Assembly: GCF_018977255.1 (NCBI RefSeq)
Contig: NW_024704742.1
Location: 111,292,001-111,356,000 of the forward strand
DNA: 64,000 bases
Source of the DNA: Callorhinchus milii
Lineage: Eukaryota
Direction of reading: 5' to 3'
Of this stretch, positions 49,328 to 62,290 are shown piece after piece; positions within the stretch are counted from its first letter, which is position 1, and each line of letters begins with the position of its first letter. The translations under genes and the position numbers were made by a program. The notes beneath the pieces were generated by a model that did not search any database, had not been told where the DNA came from, and saw nothing but the letters and a program-made list of their open reading frames with translations.

Positions 49328-50295
49328 TTCCAAATCTCTACCAGAGCACTTGTGTGGAGGAAATAACTTCTAAATATAAGGGGGGGAAGGAAATATAATC
49401 ATGTAAGAGATTATTTTGTGTTATGGAACTTCACTTAATGTGTTTTACTTGCCACTACATTCAAACGATTTAAAGTGATTGGAATTTTGTGAACGGCAAT
49501 AGTGATTTCAAGTATTACAATTACATTACCAAGTACCCTCAGATATTTAGGATTAAACTATTTTGTTATTTAACCAGTGTCTCTTTTAAATTAGTGCATA
49601 TAATCTTTATTTCAATGAAATTTCTAAACATGATCCTATACATTTTCCAATTCCATACCAACTTTCTAGGGGAAAATACACTGGTTAGTTTCTTATAAAT
49701 TGCTTTTCCATCAGTATTTATGATCTAAAGTTTTAACGTCATGTAGCCTTTATGTAATTGATAGCCATTGCTTAAAATATTAAGCCTTTCATTTTTGTGT
49801 AAAATATTAAATCTGGAGACTGTTAATTGTTCTTGAACTGTATGAACTTGTATGCCACGATGATGGCTACTTGCTGCAATTAGTTTTTTCTCTGCAGTTC
49901 AGAAATATCTGCTCAGTGAACTTGTTCAAAATGCCACTGTTCCAACCTGTTGTCTTAATTTAGTTACTGTAAAAGGGTGGGAAGAGATTCTGCTGCCTAA
50001 TTTGTACAGTTTTTAATATAAAGATGTATTTATTGAATTTTAGGGCACTTACTATGGCTGGACATTTTGCAAAATTGGTTGTATTCAGGTGGTGAAAATG
50101 CAGTATTAACTGTTATTCTTGCACAGTAAAGGCTGGGGAATTGTAATTCTGAAGGAAAGAATCGATCTTATGTTGAGGATGGTATTGCAAATGCAAATGA
50201 GCTAGTGCATTGAGATTGCTATGTTAATTCACTTCAGTTCTATTTTCCTAAAAGCTTTGTAACAGAATGATATTCTTCAGTAATTTGCCCTTTAA

Positions 50296-50301
50296 AATAA
50301 A
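50296..50301 (+). terminator. Candidate LYSMD3 polyadenylation signal
   Basis: AATAAA about 970 nt after the stop codon, followed by a GT-rich stretch (tgtgtgttg); repeat-derived sequence resumes soon after. Confidence 0.55.
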
Positions 50302-53058
50302 AGATGAAACAACTGTACATGTATTGCACATGTGTGTTGAACTGATCTATAGCTACACATGTCCTTTGGATTACTGTTTATTCAGGTGATGTCAAAGATC
50401 TCACTATTCAAAGAGAAGTTACTCCCAATGTCCTACTTAAATAAAATTGGTCATTTATTTCATGGCTAAGTGTGAGACTGCTGTACACAAATTGGCTGCT
50501 GAAACAGTAATCACATCTCAAAAGGCTAGGTACTAACTTTAGTTTTTGGTTGTGGTATAGACACAGTAGCCTAAATGACCTTCTGTATTACATTTCTACT
50601 ATTTAAGGAATGCTACTTGTAGCATTCTCCAGATATATGGTTTTATTTTGCTCAGGGTCTTAGCACCAGTATTTAGATGGGATTTAAATAGAAATAGGAT
50701 ATAAACAGAGTAAGTTAGGGAAGAATGATCTTGCAATTTTTTGTTTTGAATATTTGCTTAATATTTCAATTGATCTGCTTTGGAAAGCCTAAATTTGCTT
50801 CAGGCCAATCCAGTCTGAAAGCAATATTGAACAAAAAAGACTAGAATTTAGAAAATGTAATCATGCAAACAATTGTTGTGGTTTAGAATCTACACGTGAA
50901 AGGGCAATGCTCGGATCGCAAGAGGAATTAACTTACCTGGAGAAGATCCCATTTGTTGCCATTCTTCAATTTTTTTCTCTATATCTATGAACATATTATC
51001 TGGCTTCTCCCCCTTTCTGATGTTCTCCCCCTCTCTAACCTTATATAGATTTCTAATAAACAGCTTTGTGATATCGGCTCACTGTTGTGCTGTGCGGTTA
51101 ACTAGGCTTGCTGGCCTTGTAACCTTGTGTATTGCTCGCAACTAATATTTGTGCCCATTTGAGGGAAAAATGGGGACATGTAGATAAACAGTGCTTCACT
51201 AAGAAATGCAGCAAAATTAAAAACAATTTATCAAGCGTTAGGGATATTACAGTATTACAACTACCAAAATTTAAGTAAAATTGTTTCCAAAACAAATAAT
51301 GTATTAATTGGCAGCAATACTCTGAATTCCATGGTGATTACAATAATTGGAGAAGTTTTCAGAATTTCTTTAAGCAAAAATAAGTTAAGACACAAGCACC
51401 CATGTATTAATACAAAAATCAAAAAGAAACATGACATTTCAGTTGATTCATATTAATGTACAACTAATATTTATAATGATTAACAAAATACCATTAAAAA
51501 GTTAAACGTAAAATACACACTTTTGCTTTAAATATGACATTACTAATAAATTCTTATAGCTTTGATTGTAACCATGTTTTGTTTATACAGTGGCTATACA
51601 GCTCATTATGGAACACAAAGCTCCATTTACACTTGCCGTCGTTTTGAATCGGGACTGGGAAAAACATTAATCCCAGCATACACAGAACACCAAAATCGGA
51701 TGCTTGTGTTTTTAATAGCAGTATTAAAAACCAATTGTGAAAAACAGGTCAAAAATATTTGGGTTGTCCTACCAGAGCTTTTAGAAGACAAAGTAAGGAA
51801 AAACGCCATGTGATTTGTATGCCCCATTTCTATAGTGCATGGATGTAAATCATGTTGCTCCACCTTTCAGGTCATTTAGGAAAGCGGTTACAGTAACATT
51901 TTGAAAGTCGAAGTGCCTATTTATATTTGCACAAGGTGGCAATTTGCCATTAAATATCCAGCATAAATACAATTTTAGACAATGGTATTCAAGCAACAAA
52001 TCTACTGTTGGCTGTTTATAGATTTAGGTTGGAATAGGAAACCAACCAAGTGCCACTTCTCCCATTGCCAATATAACACTGAAGATATTCATATCCAGTA
52101 CTGATAGATTTGAAAATTTCTGTCTGTTCTCGAAGGTAGTGATGCTCAGATCCCTTTAAGAGTTTATAGAAGTTCCAATTGCTTATCAGCATTGTTACAC
52201 TCCCTCAAACCATTAGCGCAAATAAACAATTACACTTTTGGGAGCCTGGAGTTCTGTAATACCTGAGAGCTTATATTTGTACATTCACAACTTTAGAGGT
52301 AGGTTACATGCCTTGGTAATGGAAGCAGTTGGCTTCTGTAAACATAATTGCATTTTTTGTAATATTCTGCTTCATACAGCTATTTAACTCAGTACAGTTT
52401 GTTGGAATTTGCATAAATAATTATTCAAACTTGTTGCTTGATGCGCTTCCTCAGACTACCCGTTTATAACTGGTTGAAACTGCAGTCTAGTATCCAAACT
52501 AAAGGACTATCAGCTGTCTTCTATTGTTCCAAAATCATAAGAAACACTGAAGACTATAATGATACTTGACCATTATTTAAAAGTTATTTTGAATTATGGT
52601 CTAGCAAAGATAATTTACCACTTACTTATACTGTTGGTTTTAGCTTCTTGTGACGTTTCTTCTGATAATTGTTCCATTAAAATATAAATGGGATTCATCA
52701 TATGTTCATCACAAAAATTGCAATCCTTTAGTTATGCATATGGATTTATAATTGGAAATGTGTAATAAAAAGAACACTATTTTAAGAGATCAGCATAAGC
52801 TATGTCTTTGCTCCAAACTTTAGACATCAGTGCATTGAAACAATTACCTGCCCTGTTGTAATTACTATAGGTTTTTTTTGTTGAACTTATCTAAACTGAA
52901 TCAGCTCTCAAGTATACTTTGGAATTAGTTTCGCTTTGGAATTGTAATTCAGATATGAATTCCTTTCCATGTGCAAACCCCATAGCTGGAGTTACCTGAG
53001 GAACATTTAAATGCCATCAAAGAAAAGGCTGAAATCCTTTCACATAGTACAAGCAGTG

Positions 53059-53142
53059 CTAGTAGGTAGCTTCATCCATCTCGTCGTCACTGACTCCATA
53101 GTCCCCTCCATCGTCAAAATAGGAGGCAATGTAGTCATTTTC
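53059..53142 (-). CDS. POLR3G: POLR3G last coding exon
   Basis: ttcag acceptor, ENDYIASYFDDGGDYGVSDDEMDEATY* with the conserved RPC7 C-terminus (NDYIxSYF...MDEATY). Confidence 0.95.
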   Translation of the reverse strand, partial: ENDYIASYFDDGGDYGVSDDEMDEATY

Positions 53143-53519
53143 CTGAAAGCAAATGAAATGTCATCACCTGAGTTTAATTTCTCCTCTTCCCTTCCCCACC
53201 ATATTCAATATATATTGAAGAGAGTTTTAGCAGAAAGCTCCAACACTTCAATAAGTAGCACAACAGTGTGATTCACCATGGCTATTGACAGCCCTGCTGG
53301 TAAGTTCCATTGGCCAAATGGCAAGAGAATATAAACAAATGTTTCAGAACAGAAACCTAAAGATGTACTGAACATTGCATATTATTATTTTTCTTCTCCA
53401 CTATTGCCCAACATATTAAAATGTCTTGCATTGATGCTCTTGACCAGATCACTGAAGCAAAACTGAGCAGCTCAGGAAGAATCTTATTTCCTCTAGGAGT
53501 GCATCATAACTACAACATA

Positions 53520-54165
53520 TGAAATGCTAGACGATAAAAGACCAAGGTCCATCTAATTCGCCTTCCTGGCAGTCGCATGCACATATGTCCCAAACTACCT
53601 GTGTACTATATCCCATAATGTTATTTTCTAAAAGAAAACTATCTAATCTGTGTTTGAAAGAATCAACATTTTGTGTTTGAACCATTTCCCTCGGGAGCCT
53701 GTTCCACAGGTTCACTATTCGCTCAATGAAATAGTGTTTGCGTAGATTTGCTGAATTTCCCCCCCTTCAATCACAGGTCGTGTCCTCTCGTTTTACTATT
53801 CTGTACAAGCCTGTCATCATCCATATTTGTCTTGCCCCTTTAGAATCTTAAAGATAGCAATCAAGTTGCCTCTCAAACTTCTCTTTTCCAGTGTGAACAT
53901 GCCCAATTTACTTAGTTGCTCCTCATAATCCAGTCCCTCAATCATTTTGGTTGCCCTCCTCTGCATCTTCTCGATTTCTCCAATATCCTTTTTGTACTGC
54001 AGCGACCAGAACTGTGCAAAGGACTCCTAAGTATGGTCTCACCAATGATTTATACAGGGCAGGTTTACCCCACTATTTCGGCTTGCTATTGATCTTTTGC
54101 TACAACCCAACACATCTAGTTTGCTTTACTCACTGCCACAGAGCATTGGTAGGAGATCTTTAATT
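53520..54165 (-). mobile_element. CR1-clade LINE 3' fragment in a POLR3G intron
   Basis: NLWNRLPREMV...SFKHRLDSFL, and an LYKSLVRP-like segment (tataaatcattggtgagacca). Confidence 0.85.
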
Positions 54166-54422
54166 TGTGCTCTATTAAACCGGTTAAGGTTGGTAATTCA
54201 TCATGCAAGAGAAACACAGGTGCAAGACCCAATTCACCACCTAGAACTTTTATAAGTACGTGGGAAACTATTTTTTGATTTCTACTTACAAACATAAAGC
54301 AAACTATAGTAGTATTTTCATAATATTAATATAAAATGCAAGAAATGTGAGGCATAAAACTAAAACCCATAGAACATTATTCTCTTGCATTCCTTCCCAT
54401 TACTTCTAAATCTCAATAATAC

Positions 54423-54545
54423 CTCTTCCAATTCTTCTTCATTATATTCTTCCACTTCAGCTTCTTCTCCCTCCTCATCCTTGTCTTTCTCCTTCTCTTC
54501 AGTTTCCTCATCAGATTTTCCTTCTGCATCTTTTTTCTCTAAAGC
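54423..54545 (-). CDS. POLR3G: POLR3G coding exon (acidic region)
   Basis: 123 nt, phase 0-0: ALEKKDAEGKSDEETEEKEKDKDEEGEEAEVEEYNEEELEE. Confidence 0.93.
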
Positions 54546-54689
54546 CTAAAGGAAAAAATAAACAAAATTGTTTATTTGATAGAAAGAAATGTGCAGGGCC
54601 TTATTGTTAAAATCTTATTCACAGTTTTGAGTCAGATAACAGCCTGATTTTCTCTTCGGTCAAAAATCTTGGTTGTAGGATATTGCAAC

Positions 54690-55030
54690 ATTGTCACTCT
54701 GGTTCAATTGGTAGAACTCTTGGTCTGAGATAGAAGATTATGATAATTCTTAATAATGCTCGCATTTTATATAGTGTCTTTACCACATCGTAGAGACATC
54801 CACTTCAGGCAAATGCAGCAACCAATTTGCACACAGACTATGGTTTCAAGCCCTACCTAAATTGGGACTTTGAACTCACATTCTAGGCTGACACTTCAAA
54901 ACAGTGGTGAGGGAGCACTGCATTGCCACAATTTGCATGAGACATTAAACCAAGGTCCCTTCTGCTCAGGTGGACATTAAAGATCCCATATCACAATTTG
55001 AAAAGAGAAGGGAGTTTCTTTCTGTGTCAT
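54690..55030 (+). mobile_element. Deu-domain SINE, interrupted in its head
   Basis: ggctgacact...gagggagcactgca...ctcaggtggacattaaagatcccat...gggagtttct. Confidence 0.8.
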
Positions 55031-55768
55031 GGTCAACAATCACCCAAATTGTTCCATTCACTTCACTTCGAATTGACATAGAATTTGTTGGAAAACAAAC
55101 CAAGCACATACTAAAGAGGCACAAGTTACAGCAATCAGGTGTTAGGTGGAAGCTGCAGTATTTAAATGAAGTATTTTGAAACACATCATACTTGCATTCT
55201 AAAGATTTTTCCTTCAGAGACTGAAGTGCTCTCTGCTACATCAGATAAAATTCATGAAATTCAACAGCACTGTTTGAATCATTGGATATTACCAAACCTC
55301 ATTTTGCAGTTAATTGCAAAATATCAACCATTTTATAAAAGTCACTGCCGAACCGAAAAGACTTTCCATCTTGAGAGTACTCCAGGCTCGTGAAATGGAG
55401 GACAAAGTCAAGATATAAAATATGAAAAGTATAGAATTTCAACTAAAACTGAAGTCAGAATCCATTATAACACTGGTTTGGGTTTGTAAAACACACCCCA
55501 CATTATAACAGGTCACACTATACAGTGGCCACTGACATCACTTTTCGATCATTGGGTCACCTGGGGTCACCAAACCACGCTGCATACAAGAGGCCAGCAA
55601 ACACTCTTGCAAATGTTCCCACCGATTGCTGAGCCAGAGGGCCCTTCTGTGTCTGTCTGCTATACGGCAGAAGATTCATGGGAGTTATATATGGACCCAC
55701 AGAAGACCAGAGAATGGTATAACAAGCTCAGACTGTATCAGACTTAAATTCCGAATTATGCCCTTTAC

Positions 55769-55854
55769 CTCCAGTGTCTGTATAACATCCTCATTAGCAA
55801 CTGTGGCCGTAGGTTTCTTAATATTAGAGTCTGCGGCTGGCTTTGTACTGGGTT
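55769..55854 (-). CDS. POLR3G: POLR3G coding exon
   Basis: 86 nt, phase 1-0: KPSTKPAADSNIKKPTATVANEDVIQTLE. tttag acceptor, gtaaag donor; keeps frame between its neighbours. Confidence 0.88.
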
Positions 55855-56509
55855 CTAAACAAATGCAAAAATGGAGAGGAAACAGCATCAATTAAAAAAC
55901 TGCTTTACAAGATTCATCAAATTCATAAATGGTAAACATAAGAAATGCATATAATGAAAATTTCAGAGTACCACTGACACAAGTGTATAGACACGTCTTT
56001 CATTATGTCACTCACCAGTCGCTGAACTCCAAATAGCTTGCTTACTGAACCAATCATTTCACCCTTGCTTACTCTAGTTAACATTTCCCCAACATAACAA
56101 CAATTTGGTATTGATACGTTGTGATTAACAGCCTATTCTAAGAAACGTGGGTTTCATTTGAAAACCTCTCAATGCATCCAAGGTCCTTCATGGGAAAATC
56201 GTTTGGCCAATTTAAGCAAAAAAGGTGAAGCAAAGTCCTGAATTTACTTTGGTCGTTTACTTGAAACTTGAGAATATAAGGAGACTTTATCCTGTACTCC
56301 AACAGATACTAGTCAATTGCACATAGCAGTGTCCCAAAAGGGGTGGGGGGAGAAAGAGAAAGAGAAAGAGAAAAAAAGAAGAGTATGTACAAATGTTAAA
56401 CAAGCAACAATCGTGACTGGATCTGACCTTCAGTGTCTGTATTGAAGTGCAGCTGTCTAAACATTAACTCCTGTGAGAAATAAAAAATTCTACGTACACT
56501 ACAAATTAT

Positions 56510-57417
56510 CCTGACTGAATGTCTGTCCGACATCAAGTCTTGAATGAAAACTAACTTAGTTGAACGTCAACAAGACCGAGGCTCTCCTGATTGGCTCCTG
56601 TCAGCGCCTCCTCACCTCAGGCGCTGACAGCATCACCATCTATGGATGCACACTCCATCTTGCTAAGCCAGGCCGGAACCTTGGGGTCTTGCTCGACTCT
56701 CAACTATCCTTTCTACACCACATCTGCACCATGACCTGCTCTGCTTTCCCCACCTCCGCAACATCGCCTGGCTCTGCTACTGTCTCACACCGCAGGTCGC
56801 TGAAGCCTTCATACATACTTTCATTACATCGAGGCTTCACTATGCAAACTCATTGCTTGTCGGCCTCCCCAATTCCTCCCTCCATAGGGTGCAGATCATC
56901 CAGAACTCTGCAGCCCGTGTCCTCTCCCGCACTAGGCTCCACCACCCTATCAATTCCATCTTTACCCAACACCACCGGCTTCCCATCACACAGAGGTTAC
57001 TGTTCACGATCCAGGTCCTCACCTTCAAAGCCCTCCATGGTCTTGCTCCCCCATACCTCTGCGACCTCCTAACCCCCTACCACCCTACTCGCTCCCTCCA
57101 CTCAGCGGGCTCCGGCCTGTTTCACGTCCCCCGCTTTGCTCGTCCCACTATTGGCAGGCGGACCTTCCGCCACTCTACCCCCACCCTCTGGAACTCCATC
57201 CCGCAGTCCCTTCACCTCGCCCCCTCCCTTCCACCTTCAAGACCCATCTCAAGACCCTCCTCTTCGACTGTGCTTTCGACCTCCCTGCTTCCCTCCCTGC
57301 CCTCAAACCTCCCCGACGTTGACCCCCAGCTCGGGTCCGTAACTCTGTCTGTCCAACATCTTGGGATGTCCTCCTGATGTGAAAGGCACTATACAAATGT
57401 AATTTTGTTGTTGTTGT
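56510..57417 (+). mobile_element. L2-clade LINE 3' fragment (degenerate ORF2 end, 3' UTR, (TTG)n tail)
   Basis: LNVNKTEALLIG, RNLGVLLDSQLSF, IIQNSAARVL, LTFKALHGLAPPYL, PTLWNSIP motifs spread across frameshifts. Confidence 0.9.
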
Positions 57418-57770
57418 ATACACGTCATATAAGTAACACCCAAAAATGTCTTGCCATAACATCTGCCTATCACTCAATAATGGTTTCAAATACTCCTCAT
57501 TGTCAACTGACAAGACTAGTCTTAAAAACTCACATCTCTAGGTAAAAGAAACATGGCATATTTCAAACAATGGATTCTCATGAAGTTATAACCTTAATGC
57601 ACAATAAAAATAATATTTATGCTCTGCCTTTGCTAGCAATCTGTGGGAGTAAAAGGATTTTAAGATCATGTTACCCAAACAGGTCACGCAACTAAAAATA
57701 TTGCAATATTCAGTAAATTCCCATTTGTAAAACTTCCTCTTGACAATACCATGTTGCAAATCATACTTAC

Positions 57771-57842
57771 TTGTTTTTTTGACCTTTTTAGTTTTAAGCT
57801 TTTTAGTTCTTGGCTTTAACTCTGCTGGTAGTAGTCTCCAAT
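57771..57842 (-). CDS. POLR3G: POLR3G coding exon
   Basis: 72 nt, phase 1-1: DWRLLPAELKPRTKKLKTKKVKKT (DWRRLP-type motif). tgtag acceptor, gtaagt donor. Confidence 0.92.
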
Positions 57843-58321
57843 CTACACAATTAAGTTACAGTTAACATTTCACACAGGACATAAAACAACTACAATGCGC
57901 AACACACAAAGCGATGTCAGAAACAAGCTGATGACCCAGAAGCTGGCCATTTTTATTTAGCACTGAAAACCCCAGCCAGCACTCAGGAACCATTCATGTG
58001 TGCAGTGAGTGGCTATCGTAGACTTATATCATACATCACATCTATCACTTTATAACAAGACTGCACTTGTAATCATTGTATGCCACAATGTAATTCTAGC
58101 AGATATTCAAAAGATGAATAAGTCTCTATCCTACCCCAGCGTCAGCTTTAGCGTATCAGGTCGCATTTCATAACTGCACAGGAGGAAATTGTAATTTTAT
58201 AAATCAAAGGTGTGTCAGGTAGAGAGTTTCAGAAGAAATGAAACAAGCTAGTTAATAGGATTTTATCATCTTAGGGGTCAAAGCTGAAGTCTTCTTGGCC
58301 CATTTGGGGCCAAATGGCCAG

Positions 58322-58850
58322 AGTAGCTGAAACCCTCATCCATGCCTTTGTCACTTCCCAGTTAGACTATTCCAATGCTCTCCTCGCTGGTCTCCCCAGT
58401 TCCATCTTACACTAATTCAAAACTCCGCCACCCAGATACTTACCCGCACAAAACTCCATACTACCATCACACCAAGCCTTGCCGGACTCCACAGGCTCCC
58501 ATTACCGAATGGATCGATGTCAAGATCTTTTCACTTGTTTTCAAATCCCTTCATGCTCTCGCACCTCCCTAACTATCCAATTTGCTTACGGCCCACTCCA
58601 CCACTGACTGCCTCCGCTCGGCTGTCTTCAGCCATTATGCCACGAAACTCAGGAACTCTTTCCCTCAATCCCTCCATCTTCCCCCCCCTCCCTCCCCACT
58701 TTCAAATCCAGCCTAAAGACCTTCTCTTTTGATCGTGCTTACGGTCACCTCCCCACTTCCCTCTTGCTCGGGGTCAGACTCCGCCACTGTCAAGCGCTCT
58801 GGGACGCTACCCGGTGTGAAGGGCGCTATATAAATGCAAGTTATTTTTGA
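58322..58850 (+). mobile_element. L2 3' fragment
   Basis: gctgaaaccctcatccatgcctttgtcacttcc...gactattccaatgc and a typical tail. Other L2 pieces at about 1560-2030(-), 21715-22150(-), 28750-28950(+), 40810-41040(+), 48040-48340(+) and 62865-63110(-). Confidence 0.85.
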
Positions 58851-58869
58851 TTTATTTGGATCTATTTAT

Positions 58870-59247
58870 TTGAGGAGGCTGATCAAAGTGGTTAAACTTA
58901 TTAAAGGGCGAGACAAAATAAGCATGAGCAACGTTTTTCCCAGTGAGTTCAGTTACAAGAAGACATAACCTTAAAAATTATGGCACAACTTGAGACGAGG
59001 AGAACTTTCTTATCGCAGAATAACAACAATCTGAAATACATCGCCCCAAAGATAAATGAGAAATCGGATGAGAGAGAGATAGTTAGATAGTTACTTGGGG
59101 AATAAAAATTTAAGGGAGATGTTAGGATTGGGGAGTGGGGGTGGGTGGGTGGAGAGGGGAGAGCTGTAGTTCACAGGCCCTTGGAAGGTCTATGGCAAAA
59201 CAGCCTCCAGGGGCCAAATGAACTCCTCCTATTCCTAATTTCCTATG
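58870..59247 (+). mobile_element. Degenerate CR1 3' fragment
   Basis: CR1-like end (ggccaaatgaactcctcctattcctaatttcctatg). Other CR1 pieces at about 5105-5525, 11320-12020(-), 29300-29480, 36330-36555 and 63610-63690(-). Confidence 0.6.
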
Positions 59248-59409
59248 TACCATCAAGCCCAAATCAATAGGATCTAATTGATTCCCTTATCACCATCTTG
59301 TAATAGTCAGTAGTTCAGTAGCACATTTGAAATCAGAGATGCAAATCATGGAGTCTGTAGGGAAGCTTAGGGAATATATATATATCTCACAGGATAGATT
59401 TATAGATAC

Positions 59410-59469
59410 CTGGTGTCCAATTCTTGTTGGGATCTTTAACTTGATACTTCTCTGTATATCTTTCAACAT
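59410..59469 (-). CDS. POLR3G: POLR3G coding exon
   Basis: 60 nt, phase 1-1: DVERYTEKYQVKDPNKNWTP. ttcag acceptor, gtatc donor. Confidence 0.92.
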
Positions 59470-60788
59470 CTGAATTTAAAAAAAACATGTTAATCTTTTT
59501 GACAGCAACCTCAGTTCTACTGTAGATCTTGCCATTTAAATCCTTAGCTTTATTCATTTATTTAAGCAACAGAATTAAAATGATACTTCAACAAATCTAG
59601 ACTTCTTCCTTTATTAGTTCACTGGAACATGAAACAAAAAAACTTTTTTTTAAGGTTTCCACTCGATGTTCTTACCAAATCAGCCTACAAGCATCAGAAC
59701 ATCTCAAGTCCTTCAAAGTAATTAATGCCATATGGAATGACTGGCAAAATCCCATAAACTGCCATTAAAGCAAAGGGGATAATGTCCCTAGAAAAGCAAA
59801 GAGGTAATGTGAACTAACATTTTTACACATTTGCCCAGTTTTAGTAAAAATATATTTATTGCAGTGTTCAAGTAACAATATTTGATAACGCGACTTATAA
59901 CTAGGTTTCTGGTTTGTAATTTTTCTTACATCTCTGCCTTTATCCAGAGTCGGGCACCACCTTTCCCAACTTAATGGCCACAAGAGTCTAATAATTTTCT
60001 ACATTAGTACAAATCCACAAAAGAACTGTGAAAAACACATCTTCCTCCACGTTCATTTTGACTTTCTGACAATCAGGCAAGCATCATTCACAAATTAAAG
60101 ATGGGTGACACAGCTAAAGCTGCAGCTGCAGATTCATTAGCCTGATATCAATGTTAATTGGAGAATTAATGGAATCAATAATCAGAAGCAAAATGGAAGC
60201 ATAGCCATTTGGAAATACAAAAAAATAAAAATGACAGCCAAAATGGCTTTGGAAGAGGCAGATCTTGGCTGATCAACCTCAACACTTAAGGAGGTGACAA
60301 GCCAAACTGACAATTCACTATGCCAAGGCATTAGCTAAAGATTCAGTCGGGAGAAGGGCAAATTAAGGACAGACACCAAGAAGGGTAATTTTTAAACACA
60401 GAAAAGAATCAATAGTTGAAAAGTGTTACCAGAAAGGGTGTCAGAGACCAGGACATTAGAATGATAGGTCAGTATACTGGAGAGATTAAATCATTCAAAC
60501 CTCTTTTGTGAACAAACAATTTTTGTCTTGAATTATCAGATACCAATGGGGAAGTGGGATAACAATTAAAAAATGATTTCCTACTGCTACATAGAAGCGT
60601 TTTTAAAAACAACTTTGGTAGGGCAATGGAATTAAAATGATAGACCTGAGCTCTTACAGGATGTACTTTCATCTTTAGAAATACTACTCTTCAATCTAGA
60701 ACTTTCTAAATAAAAATGAAGACAACCGTTGTGTAGCCCTTCGTGAATAGCCTTGGTGTGCAATTATTCAGCAGACTCTATATGTTAC

Positions 60789-60918
60789 CTCGCTTTACAG
60801 TAGCAACTTCAATGAAGTAAGGCAATTTCTTAGAGCTTCCCCTCAACTCCTGCTTCAAGGCCAGCATGTAGTTTACATCTTCCCCTGTATTCAAGGGGAC
60901 AGTCTTAAAATCTGTGGG
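60789..60918 (-). CDS. POLR3G: RNA polymerase III subunit RPC7/RPC32, internal coding exon
   Basis: AG/GT bounded, 130 nt: PTDFKTVPLNTGEDVNYMLALKQELRGSSKKLPYFIEVATVKR. Carries the family motif YMLALKQELR..PYFI. Confidence 0.93.
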
Positions 60919-61629
60919 CTAGATGGTAACATAGGTTATCACGCAGTGCAGACATTAGGATCACTAATACAGCCGACTCTAGATACACAGCCCAGACCAT
61001 AAAATGACTGCTCAGTATCCAACTTGTAAAACACCTGATGTACTGTACAGTACTGAACAGTTCATTGCTATTCTTTTTAAACTTGGAGATTGCCAGTCTT
61101 GTTTTTCTGACCTCCGCAAGCACTGGCTGAAAATGCAATCACCTTCAACCCTCAACCCACGCTACTTCAGCATACTACTGAAGTGTATATGCTGAATTCC
61201 CCCACACTAGAAACACACCCTATCTGTCACAAAGTCAGAGCATTTGACTTTGCTCTTGACAATACCAGGAAGTTACTGCCCCCGCACACAAAAAAGGCTT
61301 AGAAATGCTTTCAGAACTGCTTTGCATTTACCATGCCATCCAGTATACCTGGGAAAGATGCTGTTTATAGAGATTTAGGAACATGTTAGCCATAGAGTTA
61401 CAGGAAGTTGATGAGGCCTGCCCGAGTACAGTGGGGAAAAGATTCCCTTAAAAAGAAAAATATGCAATTCAATGTGGTATCCATTTGACTTCTTAAAAGT
61501 TACAAAGACTAATTAAACTTGAAATGTTTCACAAAGTCCCAGATAATATTGACTGGTCAAATAAACTGCAAACCATGACAAACTCTATTCCCCAATGACT
61601 CAGTTCTTACAGGAAATCCCTTATTGCAA

Positions 61630-61772
61630 AAGGGATTAAGGAATATGGGGATAAGGCAGGGTTAGGTTATTAGCTGGAGTTAGATTAGAAGATCAGCCAT
61701 GATTGAATAGCGGGGCAGGCTCGAAGGGCCGAATGGCCTACTCCTGCTCCAACATGTTATGTTATGTTATGA
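61630..61772 (+). mobile_element. CR1-type (HER1/HE1-like) 3' tail with (TGTTA)n
   Basis: gatcagccatgattgaatagcggggcaggctcgaagggccgaatggcctactcctgctcc followed by tgtta repeats. Confidence 0.8.
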
Positions 61773-61995
61773 AATGTCAATGCCTAGAATTGAGGATCTG
61801 AAGCAGAGCAGGGCTTGAAAACCATTGACCACTATTTTTTCTTCATCGCTCCTATTCTGACCACCATCTGTCTCCGCACCCCCCAAAAAACACATAAGTG
61901 GGTATTTGCATCCAGAAGTCTGCAGATAATGGAGGTTGATAGGAACATTCGAATCACAAGTTCTCAAAGCCATATAATTTGTTTACCCACTTCAT

Positions 61996-62290
61996 AAAAT
62001 AATAATCCTTCTATTTGATACGGAGCCTTATCACGTCTTCTAGGCATCTCAAAGTGCTTCACAGAATATACTGTAAAGTGAATTGACTGTATAGTTGTGG
62101 GCAAAATGCATCAGCCATTTGCACACAGCAGTGTCCCACAAACAGCCGTGGATTGAAGTGACCAATTTATTATTGGGTTTTTTTTCTTGAGGGGTTATTA
62201 TCAGATGTGTGGAGTAAGGAAACTTGCCCAAGGTTTTGCCCTGCCAGGAATTAAACCCAGGTCTCTCGAGTGCTCTAACCACTGAGCTTC
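61996..62290 (-). mobile_element. tRNA-derived SINE, same family
   Basis: Reverse-complement match (ggagtaaggaaacttgcccaagg...ctaaccactgagct). Confidence 0.85.
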
